Part shown: piece by piece, positions 19,379 through 29,333 of the stretch
Layout: each line of letters starts with the position of its first letter
Numbering within the stretch: the stretch's first letter is position 1
Source: Candidatus Saccharimonadota bacterium
GTDB taxonomy: Bacteria > Pseudomonadota > Gammaproteobacteria > Enterobacterales > Enterobacteriaceae
DNA: 32,000 nt
NCBI GenBank assembly: GCA_049942765.1
Contig: CP188086.1
Coordinates: forward strand, 540,001 to 572,000
Direction of reading: 5' to 3'
The notes under the pieces: generated by a model
Database searches by the model: none
What the model was told of the DNA's origin: nothing
What the model saw: only the letters and a program-made list of their open reading frames with translations
Program-made: the position numbers and the translations under genes

Positions 19379-19454
19379 GGGTTGTTAGCTCAGTTGGTAG
19401 AGCAGTTGACTTTTAATCAATTGGTCGCAGGTTCAAATCCTGCACAACCCACCA
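19379..19454 (+). tRNA. tRNA-Lys (anticodon UUU)
   Basis: Almost identical to E. coli tRNA-Lys as recalled: GGGTTGTTAGCTCAGTTGGTAGAGCAGTTGACTTTTAATCAATTGGTCGCAGGTTCAAATCCTGCACAACCCACCA. The 3' CCA is encoded at 19452-19454. Confidence 0.95.
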
Positions 19455-19482
19455 AAAAATATAAAAATAAATTATTCTAAAA

Positions 19483-21246
19483 TTAAGATTCAAAAAATAA
19501 AATCTTTTTTAATTCATACATCATAACTTTATTTTTATCTTCTGAAATAAAATTAAAAATATTAATAGCTATCTGATTACCTATATGATTTATAGACAAC
19601 AAAGAATTAAGATCAATATTTAAAAAATTATCTATATTGTTACAATACTGTGATAAACAGTTAGCAACTCCTTCACCAACATCACGAATACCTAATGCAT
19701 ACAAAAAACGAGATAATGTTGTTATTCTAGCATGATTAAGAGACATCATAAGTTTATTAATAGATGTTGGACCTATTTTATTTAAATGAACCAAATTACT
19801 TTTTGTTAAATTAAAAACATCAACTGGAGTATGTATATTTTTTATATCTACCAATTGATTTATAATAAACATACCTAATCCTCGAACATAAACAGCTTTT
19901 TTAGAAAAAAAATGAACTAACCTTTTTTTTATTTGAACTTTACATAACAAGTCATTATTACAACGAACAAGTACATTTTTATCCTGATGAACTATTTTTG
20001 AATCACAAGATGGACACTTGATTGGAAATAAAGTAGATTTCAAACCATGTTTTTTTCTATACAGTATATCTACTGATATAATTTTTGGTATGACATCACC
20101 AGAACGACAAAGAGTAATCCTATCCCCTATGCAAATACCCAATCGATACATTTCATCTTTATTATATAAAGATACTTTTTTCACTACTACGCCACCTAAT
20201 TTTATTGGATTCACAAAAGCTATAGGAGTTATAATACCTGTTCTACCTACCTCAAATCTAATATCTGATACTAAAGTAATATTTGTTTTAGAACGAAATT
20301 TAATCGCCATAGCCCATCTAGGAGATTTTCTTGTATTCCCAATTTTTTGTTGCTGAAATAAAGAATCTAATTTCACTACAATTCCATCAATATCAAAATC
20401 AAAACTTGATCTCATAGAATTTATATTATGATAAAATATTAATATATCATTCATATGACAATATAATTTCACTATTTTATGTACTGGCAATCCCCAGTTA
20501 ATAAACTGTTTTAACATCAAAAAATGACTACCATTATGTAACAAATTAGGATAACACATACCAATACTATGAGATAAAAAACATAAATTTCTTTGCTGTA
20601 CAATTTCTGTATTAGTATGCCTTAAAGAGCCTGCAGCAGCATTACGAGGATTAGAAAATACCTTTTCACCTATTAGTTTAGCATGTGTATTTAAATTAAT
20701 AAAATCTTGGTGTAACATAATAATTTCACCGCGTACTTCTAACAACTCTGGTACATTTATACCCTGAAGAACTATAGGAATAGACTTAATTGTTTTTATA
20801 TTATCAATAACATTTTCTCCACATATACCATTACCTCTAGTTGATGCTTGTTGTAAAATACCATTATAATAAATTAAATTAACAGCTACTCCATCGAACT
20901 TTAATTCACAACAAAAATTAATCTTTTCATCCATCTGTAATAACTGAGATTTAATTCGTTTTTCAAATAATATTAATTCTTTCACATCATTTATATGATT
21001 AAGAGATAACATAGGAGTTAAATGTGTAACAATATTAGGACCAATTGATAATATTGATTGTATACTTTGACTAGGAGAATTATAACTAACAATGTTTTTA
21101 TTTTGATTTTCCATATCACATAATTTTTGCATTAAAATATCGTATTCTAGATCAGAGATTACGGGATCATTTAATGTATAATACAAATAATTATGATAAT
21201 GAATTTTTTGTCTTAATTTATATATCTTTTTTATTAGATTGTTCAT
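19483..21246 (-). CDS. ligA: NAD-dependent DNA ligase LigA, C-terminally short (no BRCT domain)
   Basis: 587 aa. Adenylation motif CELKFDGVAV (KxDG), the OB domain, the four-Cys zinc finger CPSC...RC.....C and the HhH region (LGIRDVGE) are present. The protein ends where the E. coli LigA (671 aa) BRCT domain would begin. Confidence 0.93.
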   Translation of the reverse strand: MNNLIKKIYKLRQKIHYHNYLYYTLNDPVISDLEYDILMQKLCDMENQNKNIVSYNSPSQSIQSILSIGPNIVTHLTPMLSLNHINDVKELILFEKRIKSQLLQMDEKINFCCELKFDGVAVNLIYYNGILQQASTRGNGICGENVIDNIKTIKSIPIVLQGINVPELLEVRGEIIMLHQDFINLNTHAKLIGEKVFSNPRNAAAGSLRHTNTEIVQQRNLCFLSHSIGMCYPNLLHNGSHFLMLKQFINWGLPVHKIVKLYCHMNDILIFYHNINSMRSSFDFDIDGIVVKLDSLFQQQKIGNTRKSPRWAMAIKFRSKTNITLVSDIRFEVGRTGIITPIAFVNPIKLGGVVVKKVSLYNKDEMYRLGICIGDRITLCRSGDVIPKIISVDILYRKKHGLKSTLFPIKCPSCDSKIVHQDKNVLVRCNNDLLCKVQIKKRLVHFFSKKAVYVRGLGMFIINQLVDIKNIHTPVDVFNLTKSNLVHLNKIGPTSINKLMMSLNHARITTLSRFLYALGIRDVGEGVANCLSQYCNNIDNFLNIDLNSLLSINHIGNQIAINIFNFISEDKNKVMMYELKKILFFES

Positions 21247-21735
21247 AATTATGATATCTTACTTTAATTAAAAATTTTTATTTAATCATTATAAAATTAA
21301 TATAAATTTACAATAATACATTTTTTATTTTATCCTTCGTTAAAAAATCAAATATATTTTTAATATATAAAATAAATTTAAAAAAAAATAAATCATATTC
21401 ATTAATAATAAGATACAAACAAAATATTATTAATTAACTTTATTAATAAAAAAAAATAACAAATTTAAAAACATTTAGTATCAATAGTAAATACATAAAT
21501 ATGCATTTTTAGTATATAATAATAAAAAAAGGACATCAAACCAAACAGTATATGAAACATATATGTACTAAAAAATCATTAGTTCAAAAAATTATTAATT
21601 CCATATATAATAAATGATTTTTTAATAAAAAATAAATATAAAATAAATACTATTTACAAAAATTATAATAATTAAAAAATATTAATAAAAAGCTTTAACA
21701 CTGTATTATACAATTATTCATATATGAAGGTTAAC

Positions 21736-22710
21736 ATGCATCGTATATATCAAGATAATTCATTAACCATTGGAAATACACCATTAGTCCGTCTAAATAA
21801 CATAGGAAATGGAAACATCTTAGCTAAAATTGAATCTAGAAACCCTAGTTTTAGTGTAAAATGCAGAATTGGATCTAATATGATTTGGCAAGCAGAAAAG
21901 CTAGGATTACTACATAAAAAAATAGAACTTATTGAAGCAACAAGTGGAAATACTGGAATTGCATTAGCATTCGTTGCTGCAGCAAGAAACTACAAAATTA
22001 CATTAATAATGCCAGAAAATATGTCATTAGAAAGAAGAAAATTACTTATAGCTCTTGGTGCTAACATTCAATTAACAAATAGTCAATATGGTATGAAGGG
22101 AGCAATTGAAACAGCTGAAAAAATAGCATTTAATAACAAAAAATATTTTTTATTACAACAATTTAAAAATCCATCTAATCCATCCATCCATGAAAAAACT
22201 ACTGGACCTGAAATATGGAGAGATACTAATGGAAAAATTGATATTTTTGTTTCAGCAGTAGGAACAGGAGGTACAATTACTGGAGTTACAAAATATTTAA
22301 AACAAAACAACAGAAACCCAAATTTAATTAGTATAGCTGTTGAACCTATTGAATCTCCAATCATTACACAAACATTATTAAAAAAAAAAATAACTCCTGG
22401 TCCACATCATATTCAAGGTATTGGAGCTGGTTTTATTCCTGATAATTTAAATTTAACTTTAATTGACAAAGTAATCTGTATATCTAGTGAAGAAGCAATT
22501 AATACAGCTCAACAAATTATGAAAAAAGAAGGTATTTTAGTTGGTATTTCCTCTGGAGCTGCTGTAGCAGCAGCATTAAAAATTCAGAATGATAACAAGT
22601 TTTTACAAAAAAATATTGTTGTAATCTTACCTTCTTCAGGAGAAAGATATCTAAGCACTTGCTTATTTTCTGATTTATTTAATAAAAATTTAAATATAAT
22701 AAATAGATAA
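21736..22710 (+). CDS. cysK: cysteine synthase A (O-acetylserine sulfhydrylase)
   Basis: [21 protein letters not shown] aligns with E. coli [21 protein letters not shown]. The PLP-lysine context [11 protein letters not shown] and the blocks [18 protein letters not shown] and [12 protein letters not shown] are present. The ORF-track start (21724) adds 4 residues. ATG 21736 has AAGG 5 nt upstream and matches the homolog N-terminus. Confidence 0.95.
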   Translation: MHRIYQDNSLTIGNTPLVRLNNIGNGNILAKIESRNPSFSVKCRIGSNMIWQAEKLGLLHKKIELIEATSGNTGIALAFVAAARNYKITLIMPENMSLERRKLLIALGANIQLTNSQYGMKGAIETAEKIAFNNKKYFLLQQFKNPSNPSIHEKTTGPEIWRDTNGKIDIFVSAVGTGGTITGVTKYLKQNNRNPNLISIAVEPIESPIITQTLLKKKITPGPHHIQGIGAGFIPDNLNLTLIDKVICISSEEAINTAQQIMKKEGILVGISSGAAVAAALKIQNDNKFLQKNIVVILPSSGERYLSTCLFSDLFNKNLNIINR

Positions 22711-22926
22711 AAATCAAATTATAAATTTAATTCTTTTTTAAAACCATCGATAATATTATTATATAATGGAATATCAACTAAACAATAAATCAAGTATTAA
22801 TATAACCTACAGTATATACTATACCATCTACAATAGATATATAAAATATATACTTATAATATATTACATAACAATACACGTTTGTAATATACTTGTATAA
22901 AAATCATATAATAAGGAATGTCATTT

Positions 22927-23184
22927 ATGTTTCAAAAAACAATTACTATCCAATCACCACACGGGTTACACACTCGACCTGCAGCTCAATTAGTTAAAAT
23001 GGCAAAAAGTTTCCATTCAGAAATCAATATACAATCCAATGGTAAAACAGTAAATGCTAAAAGTTTGTTTAAATTACAAACTTTAGGATTAATTCAAGGA
23101 AGTCAAATTATTTTATCTGCAGAAGGTAAAGATGAAAAAATAGCTGTAGAACAATTAGAAAAACTATTAATAATATTAAAATAA
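22927..23184 (+). CDS. ptsH: phosphocarrier protein HPr
   Basis: From ATG 22927 the product is 85 aa, as in E. coli HPr (MFQ..+[20 protein letters not shown]...SNGK...[14 protein letters not shown]). The His15 and Ser46 contexts are retained. The AAGGA SD is 9 nt from 22927 but directly abuts the ORF-track ATG at 22918. Confidence 0.93.
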   Translation: MFQKTITIQSPHGLHTRPAAQLVKMAKSFHSEINIQSNGKTVNAKSLFKLQTLGLIQGSQIILSAEGKDEKIAVEQLEKLLIILK

Positions 23185-23340
23185 AAGTGCTATAAAATAT
23201 CAAATTATAAAACTACTATTATAAACATATATTTTAATATATAGCAATATGCGTTAATTTATTATGAATATATCGTCACATACATGTCATTAATAGTTAT
23301 CATTTTTTTCATAAGTTCTTGTTATATTAAAGGTCATGTT

Positions 23341-25062
23341 ATGATTTCAGGGATTTTAGCATCACCAGGTATTGCTTTCGGTAAAATATTTTTACTCGAA
23401 TCACAAAAAATTAAAATTAATTATAATAAAATTCCTCACAATTTTATTAATCTAGAAATTAAAAAATTTATTCAGGCTAGAACAAAAACCATTGAACAAT
23501 TAGAACAAATTAAATACCAAACAGAAAAAAAAATAGGTAAAGATCAGTCAAATATATTTGAAGGATATATAATCCTACTTGAAGACGAAGAATTCGAAAA
23601 AGAAATTATCAATTTAATTAAAGAACGAAAAACTGCTGATTGTGCTATATATACAGTAATTACTAAACAAGCTAACACAATTGAAAAATTAAATAATGAA
23701 TACTTACAAAATCGTGCTATAGATATACGTGATATTGGAAATCATCTATTAAAAAATATATTTCAAATACACGATATTACTTTAAACAATATTACTGAGA
23801 ATGTAATTTTAATTGCTAAAGATTTAACACCTTCAGAAACAGCACAAATTGATCTTACTCATGTGCGTGGTTTCATTACAGAGTTAGGAGGCCAAACATC
23901 TCATACATCAATTATGGCACGTTCACTAGAATTACCTGCCATTGTTGGTACCGGCAATATTACGAGTATAGTAAAACATAATGATTATATTATTCTAGAT
24001 GGAATTAATAATAAAATTATTCTCAATCCAACTAAAGAAGAAATAAATAATATTAAAAAAATTGAAATTTTATTTCATAAAGAAAAAAAAGAACTTAAAA
24101 AAATAAAATTTTTACCTGCTATAAGTTTAGATGGTCATCAAATAGAAATTAGTGCAAACATTGGCGATCTTAAAGATGTTAAAAATGCCAAAAAATATGG
24201 TTCTGAATCAATTGGATTATATAGAACAGAATTTTTATTTATGGAAAGAAATAATCTTCCAGATGAAGAAGAACAATTTTTAGCTTATAAAGCTATTGCT
24301 ACATCTATGCAAAATAAATCAGTTATTATTAGAACTATGGATATTGGTGGTGATAAAAATTTACCGTACATGAACTTTCCTAAAGAAGACAATCCATTTT
24401 TGGGATGGAGAGCAATTCGAATATTAATAGACAAAAAAGAAATTTTGCATACGCAATTAAGAGCTATTCTTAGAGCATCATCATTTGGAAAATTAAAAAT
24501 ATTATTTCCGATGATTATTTCGGTCGAAGAAATACATATTTTAAAACATGAGTTAAATTTAATAAAACAAAATTTATTAATTCACAATATATCTTTTGAT
24601 CATAACATAGATATCGGAATAATGATTGAAACACCGGCATCAGCAATTATATCAAAATATTTAGCTAAAGAAGTAGATTTTTTTAGCATTGGAACAAATG
24701 ATTTAACACAATACACATTAGCTGTGGACAGAGGAAACAAATTAATTTCTAAATTATATGATCCTATGAGTCCATCTGTATTAAAACTTATTAAAAAAAT
24801 AATTGATGCTTCTCACGCAGAAGGTAAATGGACAGGTATGTGTGGCGAACTCGCTGGAGATCCTAATGCTACTCCTATTCTATTAGGAATGGGTCTCGAC
24901 GAATTTAGTATGAATCCTGCATCTATACCTAATATAAAAAAAATTATTAGAAGTATTAAATACCAAGAAGCTATTAAATTAGCTAACAAAGTATTAAATT
25001 TGTCTACTTCAAAAGAAATTGTTGCTGTTAATAATCAATTTAAAGCTGATCATATTAAATAA
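23341..25062 (+). CDS. ptsI: PTS enzyme I (phosphoenolpyruvate-protein phosphotransferase)
   Basis: From ATG 23341 the N-terminus [15 protein letters not shown] is identical to E. coli EI. The active-site His context [50 protein letters not shown] and [12 protein letters not shown] are retained. The 19-residue hydrophobic extension in the ORF track (23284) has no counterpart. Confidence 0.96.
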   Translation: MISGILASPGIAFGKIFLLESQKIKINYNKIPHNFINLEIKKFIQARTKTIEQLEQIKYQTEKKIGKDQSNIFEGYIILLEDEEFEKEIINLIKERKTADCAIYTVITKQANTIEKLNNEYLQNRAIDIRDIGNHLLKNIFQIHDITLNNITENVILIAKDLTPSETAQIDLTHVRGFITELGGQTSHTSIMARSLELPAIVGTGNITSIVKHNDYIILDGINNKIILNPTKEEINNIKKIEILFHKEKKELKKIKFLPAISLDGHQIEISANIGDLKDVKNAKKYGSESIGLYRTEFLFMERNNLPDEEEQFLAYKAIATSMQNKSVIIRTMDIGGDKNLPYMNFPKEDNPFLGWRAIRILIDKKEILHTQLRAILRASSFGKLKILFPMIISVEEIHILKHELNLIKQNLLIHNISFDHNIDIGIMIETPASAIISKYLAKEVDFFSIGTNDLTQYTLAVDRGNKLISKLYDPMSPSVLKLIKKIIDASHAEGKWTGMCGELAGDPNATPILLGMGLDEFSMNPASIPNIKKIIRSIKYQEAIKLANKVLNLSTSKEIVAVNNQFKADHIK

Positions 25063-25096
25063 TTAGATATTGAAAAAAAAATTAACAGGAGAAAAT

Positions 25097-25603
25097 ATGG
25101 GTATATTCTCTAATTTATTCAGCAAAAAAACACAAAATGTTTTAAAAACATGGAAAATTTTATCACCAATATCAGGTCATATTGTAGATTTAGAAACTGT
25201 TCCTGATAAAGTTTTTTCTGAAAAAATTGCTGGTGATGGAGTAGCTATCCAACCATCTGGAGATCAAATCTTAGCACCTATAACAGGTACGATTGGAAAA
25301 ATTTTCAAAACTAAACATGCTTTTTCTATTGAATCCGATGATAGTGGATTGCAACTATTTGTACACTTTGGAATTGATACTGTTAAACTAAAAGGTGAAG
25401 GATTTACTCAAATCATAGAAGAAGGACAAAAAGTTAATCAAGGAGATTTAATATTAAAATATAATTTATCATTTTTAGAACAAAACGCTAAATCTACTCT
25501 CACTCCAGTAATAATATCTAATATAGATGAATGTACAGAAATAAAAAAAATGGAAGGAGAAGTAATTGCTGGAATGACTATTATAATGTACGTTACAAAA
25601 TAA
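25097..25603 (+). CDS. crr: PTS glucose-specific enzyme IIA component
   Basis: From ATG 25097 (AGGAG SD 5 nt upstream) the product is 168 aa. MG+F..L.S start, VPD.VF.EKI.GDG.AI.P.G, GTIGKIF.T.HAFSIESD.G..LFVHFGIDTV.LKGEGF (both catalytic His contexts) and KSTLTPV+ISN+DE are present. The ORF-track start at 25070 is a TTG. Confidence 0.95.
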   Translation: MGIFSNLFSKKTQNVLKTWKILSPISGHIVDLETVPDKVFSEKIAGDGVAIQPSGDQILAPITGTIGKIFKTKHAFSIESDDSGLQLFVHFGIDTVKLKGEGFTQIIEEGQKVNQGDLILKYNLSFLEQNAKSTLTPVIISNIDECTEIKKMEGEVIAGMTIIMYVTK

Positions 25604-25613
25604 TAGCACTTTG

Positions 25614-25650
25614 AGCAGTTAAACGAAATTTTTAATGTCATTTAACTGCT
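25614..25650 (+). terminator. hairpin downstream of crr (candidate terminator of the pts operon)
   Basis: Perfect 10-bp inverted repeat AGCAGTTAAA (25614-25623) / TTTAACTGCT (25641-25650), extendable by G:U/U:G/U:A pairs. It starts 11 nt after the crr stop and has a 17-nt loop. No clear U-tract follows. It lies between convergent crr and cca. Confidence 0.45.
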
Positions 25651-25848
25651 TGAATGTTATTCAATCATATAATACCTCATTGATATTAATATCTAATAAT
25701 ATCAGATATAATATATTCTCATTGTATAAACAATACTTCCTAAAGATTTTAATCTTTACATCAAGAAACTAACTAAAATAGTATTTTTAATCATTTCACA
25801 ATATTTTAATATGAGCATATTTCTAAAAAATTAATATATAATGTATTA

Positions 25849-27108
25849 TTATTCATATAATTTTCTATTATTAATATAATTAAAATTCTTTCTCCATATA
25901 TCTAATTTTATACATCTTAAACGAATTAGTTCATATTGGATATCTTTCCCTCTAAAGCCTAAATCTACAATGAATTTAGAAGAAATAGATAAAGCAAAAT
26001 GATATGACATCATAAGAAAATCACCAGGCGTTATATGAAATTTTGAATTATTAATACTAAAATTATGTATTAAATTACTTAACAAAACCATTTTTTTTAC
26101 TCTAATTGGTCTTCTCCATGCATCAATAATTCCTAAAAATAATATAATATCATGAGAATTAGAACACATAATATTTTTTATAAAGTTACAATGATTAGTA
26201 ATTAAATTTATTAAATCTTTTAAATCACTTGAAATATTAAATCGATTAAAAAAAGACTGGTTTACATCATTAAAAATATTCTTATTTTTAATATTATTAA
26301 AATTTTGATAATACATTAAATTATAATTGTTAGTTAATAACTGAAATATACATGAAAAACGTATATCTATATCTATAGTTTGCTTTGAAACATAAGATAA
26401 ATACTGCCATAAATTTAATTTCTTATGCTTTACACGATAATATTTAAAAAAAATAGAATCCAAATTAAATAATCGATTAATTTCTGGAAATAAAAGCATT
26501 AATGCATTACAAGCATGTAAAACTTGAAAGTATACATGTGGATTACTAGTTATTAATGCTTTTTTTGTTTCTTTCCATACTCTATCTAATTTTAAAAATA
26601 ATAATTCTTTATCATTTACTATAGATTTCATAACTAACATTGTTTCTATAGCAATTACAAAACCTAAGTGAGATAAAGTTGCAGCAAATCTTGCTACACG
26701 TAAGACTCTCAAAGGATCCTCTGAAAAAGAAGGTGAAATATGTCTTAAAATACGGCGTTCTATATCTAATTTTCCAGAACAAGGATCAATAAATTTACCT
26801 TCAATTGTTTTTGCAATGGCATTGATTGTTAAATCCCTTCTCATTAAATCATCTTTTAATGTTACATCAGGAGAAAAATTTGTTACAAAACCATGATACC
26901 CTACACCTGATTTGTATTCAGTCCTAGCCATAGCATATTCTTCATGACTAATAGGATGTAAAAAAACAGGAAAATCTTTACCTACAGGTTTAAAATTGTT
27001 TTTTAACAACATATCAATAGTAGCACCTACTACTACCCAATCTTTATCTTTAATAGGTAAATTTAATAGACTATCACGTACAGCACCTCCAACTAAATAA
27101 ATTTTCAC
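25849..27108 (-). CDS. cca: tRNA nucleotidyltransferase (CCA-adding enzyme)
   Basis: 419 aa. The N-terminal half is colinear with E. coli Cca: MKIYLVGGAVRD.LL.LP.KD+DWVVVG, VG.DFPVFLHP..HEEYA+ARTE.KSG.GY.GF, RRDLTINA+A, RH+SP.F.EDPLRVLRVARFAA. The C-terminal half is much more diverged. Confidence 0.93.
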   Translation of the reverse strand: MKIYLVGGAVRDSLLNLPIKDKDWVVVGATIDMLLKNNFKPVGKDFPVFLHPISHEEYAMARTEYKSGVGYHGFVTNFSPDVTLKDDLMRRDLTINAIAKTIEGKFIDPCSGKLDIERRILRHISPSFSEDPLRVLRVARFAATLSHLGFVIAIETMLVMKSIVNDKELLFLKLDRVWKETKKALITSNPHVYFQVLHACNALMLLFPEINRLFNLDSIFFKYYRVKHKKLNLWQYLSYVSKQTIDIDIRFSCIFQLLTNNYNLMYYQNFNNIKNKNIFNDVNQSFFNRFNISSDLKDLINLITNHCNFIKNIMCSNSHDIILFLGIIDAWRRPIRVKKMVLLSNLIHNFSINNSKFHITPGDFLMMSYHFALSISSKFIVDLGFRGKDIQYELIRLRCIKLDIWRKNFNYINNRKLYE

Positions 27109-27553
27109 AAAGTAAAAATTCCTATATATGTATGAAAATAAAAAACAATATTCGAAATTATATAATTTATAATTATCTTAGTTAAAATATTTTTTATCTT
27201 TCTTTAAAAATAAATAGTTTTTATTGGAAATAAAAACAGTATATGTATATATTATAATATATTCAATATAGCAAAATTACTTAAACATATTTATGATAAA
27301 AAATCGTTTATATGACATAAATTTTTCATAAAAAGTCTATATTGTCATTAACATATTTGATTAATATAAACCTGTTTACTTTATTTTAATATAGTAGAAC
27401 AAAATTCTATATTAAAAATATCTATATATGATAAATCATCATTTATTTATATGAATAAAAACTATGTATATAATAATATAGATAAATCAACTATAAATTA
27501 ATATATTTAAAACAAACATTTAATAAAAATATACTTTTTCAATTAGGTTAAAA

Positions 27554-28189
27554 ATGAAAAAAAAACTGTTATCCATATTTGGAACATCAAAACAACGTGT
27601 ATTAAATGCGATACAAGCAATTAAAAAAGGAGAGGGTATTATACTATTAGATGATGAAAAAAGAGAAAATGAAGGAGATTTAATTTTTTCAGCTGAAAAA
27701 ATGACAGTAAAACAAATGGCTCTTACCATTCGTTATGGAAGTGGTATTGTATGTCTATGTATTACTGAACCCTTAAGAAAAAAATTAAATTTACCAATGA
27801 TGGTTAAACATAATACTAATAAATATCAAACACCTTTTACTGTTACAATAGAAGCATCAACAGGCATATCCACTGGAGTTTCAGCTCAAGATAGAATAAC
27901 AACAATTAAAACTGCAATTTCTGATCAATTTAAAACCGGTGACCTACATAGTCCAGGACATGTCTTTCCCTTATGTGCACATCCAAAAGGGATAATAGGA
28001 AGAGCTGGACATACTGAAGCCACTATTGAACTAATTAAATTAGCTGGATTAAAAAGTATTGGAGTATTATGTGAATTAACTAATTACGATGGTTCGATGG
28101 CTAGAATAACTGAATCTATACAATTTGCACAAATATACAATATGAAAATATTAACAATTCCAGATTTAATAGAATATATGACATTATAA
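27554..28189 (+). CDS. ribB: 3,4-dihydroxy-2-butanone-4-phosphate synthase
   Basis: 211 aa. Matches E. coli RibB: LDDE.RENEGD+[27 protein letters not shown]+LPMMV..NT......FTVTIEA..G..TGVSA.DRITT, PGHVFPL and [25 protein letters not shown]. Confidence 0.96.
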   Translation: MKKKLLSIFGTSKQRVLNAIQAIKKGEGIILLDDEKRENEGDLIFSAEKMTVKQMALTIRYGSGIVCLCITEPLRKKLNLPMMVKHNTNKYQTPFTVTIEASTGISTGVSAQDRITTIKTAISDQFKTGDLHSPGHVFPLCAHPKGIIGRAGHTEATIELIKLAGLKSIGVLCELTNYDGSMARITESIQFAQIYNMKILTIPDLIEYMTL

Positions 28190-28310
28190 TATAATATTTA
28201 ACAAACATTTATTTATGTTTTTAAATCATCTATTTAGATCATTGAATATATTTATATTTAAAACATAACTTATAACTAATTAATTTATTTTTATTAAAAA
28301 AAATTACAAT

Positions 28311-29333
28311 CTAAATATTGGCTATATTAATTTCATTAATACACCACTTCGGATATACTACAATCTGTAAATTAGAATGATACTGTAATAATTTAAATCT
28401 TAAAAAACCGGAATATGCTATCATAGCTGCATTATCAGTACATAAATCAACATTAGGATAAAATAAATTACCATTTAATTGAAACATAAGTTTTTTTAAT
28501 TTATATTTAATTCTATTATTAGCACTTACACCTCCAGCTATAACTAAATTATGTACTTTAGTTTGTTTTAGAGCACGAGTGCACTTTTCAACTAAAGTAT
28601 CAGTTATAGATTCTTGAAAAGCTGCAGCAATGTCAGCTTTAGTCTGAATATCTTTACTATGTGTATTAATAATGTTTTCTACGTAAGTACGTAATCCCGA
28701 AAAACTAAAATTTAAACCAGGCGTTTTAAGCATAGGTCGAGGAAAATAAAATCGATTTCTGTTACCTTTAATAGCTAATTTAGAAATTTCAGGACCTCCA
28801 GGATATGGTAATCCTAACGCTTTAGCTATTTTATCAAATGCATTTCCGACAGAAATATCAACAGTAGAACCTACTATATCATACAATCCAAATTTTTTCG
28901 CGTGCACTAATTGAGTATTACCTCCAGATACTAATAATCCTAAAAAAGGAAACATTAATGAAGAATTATGTAACATAGGTGATAACAAATGACCTTCAAG
29001 ATGGTTGATTGGAATTGTAGGAATATTCAAAGAAAATGCTAAAGATGAACTAAACGTCGCACCTACTAACAAAGAACCTATCAAACCAGGTCCTGCTGTA
29101 TAAGCTATAGCATGAATAGAACTTAAATGACACTTTGATTCTATTAATACTTGATTCATTAACTTCGCAATATTATTTACATGAGATCTAGCTGCTAACT
29201 CAGGCATCACACCACCATAATTATTATGCAATTCAGATTGACTGCATATTTTATTAATTAATATACCGTTATCATGGTCATATATCGCAATACCAGTATC
29301 ATCACAAGAAGTTTCTATACCCAAAATACGCAT
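28311..29333 (-). CDS. tsaD: tRNA N6-adenosine threonylcarbamoyltransferase TsaD (YgjD/Gcp)
   Basis: 340 aa. MRILGIETSCDDTGIAIYD matches E. coli MRVLGIETSCDETGIAIYD. The metal-site context H.EGHLL.PML, YTAGPGL.G.LLVGA, GLPYPGGP and AGGVSAN are present. It is divergent from rpsU as in E. coli. Confidence 0.95.
   Translation of the reverse strand: MRILGIETSCDDTGIAIYDHDNGILINKICSQSELHNNYGGVMPELAARSHVNNIAKLMNQVLIESKCHLSSIHAIAYTAGPGLIGSLLVGATFSSSLAFSLNIPTIPINHLEGHLLSPMLHNSSLMFPFLGLLVSGGNTQLVHAKKFGLYDIVGSTVDISVGNAFDKIAKALGLPYPGGPEISKLAIKGNRNRFYFPRPMLKTPGLNFSFSGLRTYVENIINTHSKDIQTKADIAAAFQESITDTLVEKCTRALKQTKVHNLVIAGGVSANNRIKYKLKKLMFQLNGNLFYPNVDLCTDNAAMIAYSGFLRFKLLQYHSNLQIVVYPKWCINEINIANI

Noticed and set aside
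20018-20356. 112-aa ORF antisense to ligA
   Set aside because: It lies opposite the conserved OB/zinc-finger region of LigA. The frame is open only because the sense strand is codon-constrained. No homology was recognised.
22083-22364. 93-aa ORF antisense to cysK
   Set aside because: It is embedded in a highly conserved part of cysK (the GTGGT loop). It is a shadow ORF.
23284-23340. N-terminal extensions in the ORF track. The coordinates given are the ptsI extension (19 aa). The others are crr from TTG 25070, rpsU from TTG 29541, ptsH from 22918 and cysK from 21724.
   Set aside because: In every case an internal ATG reproduces the E. coli N-terminus exactly ([32 protein letters not shown]) and has a properly spaced SD. 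The extensions are the longest-ORF artefact.
25438-25641. 67-aa ORF antisense to the 3' end of crr
   Set aside because: It overlaps conserved crr sequence and the downstream hairpin. No SD or similarity was found.
27520-27729. 69-aa ORF antisense to the 5' end of ribB
   Set aside because: It overlaps the conserved RENEGD region of ribB on the opposite strand. It is a shadow ORF.
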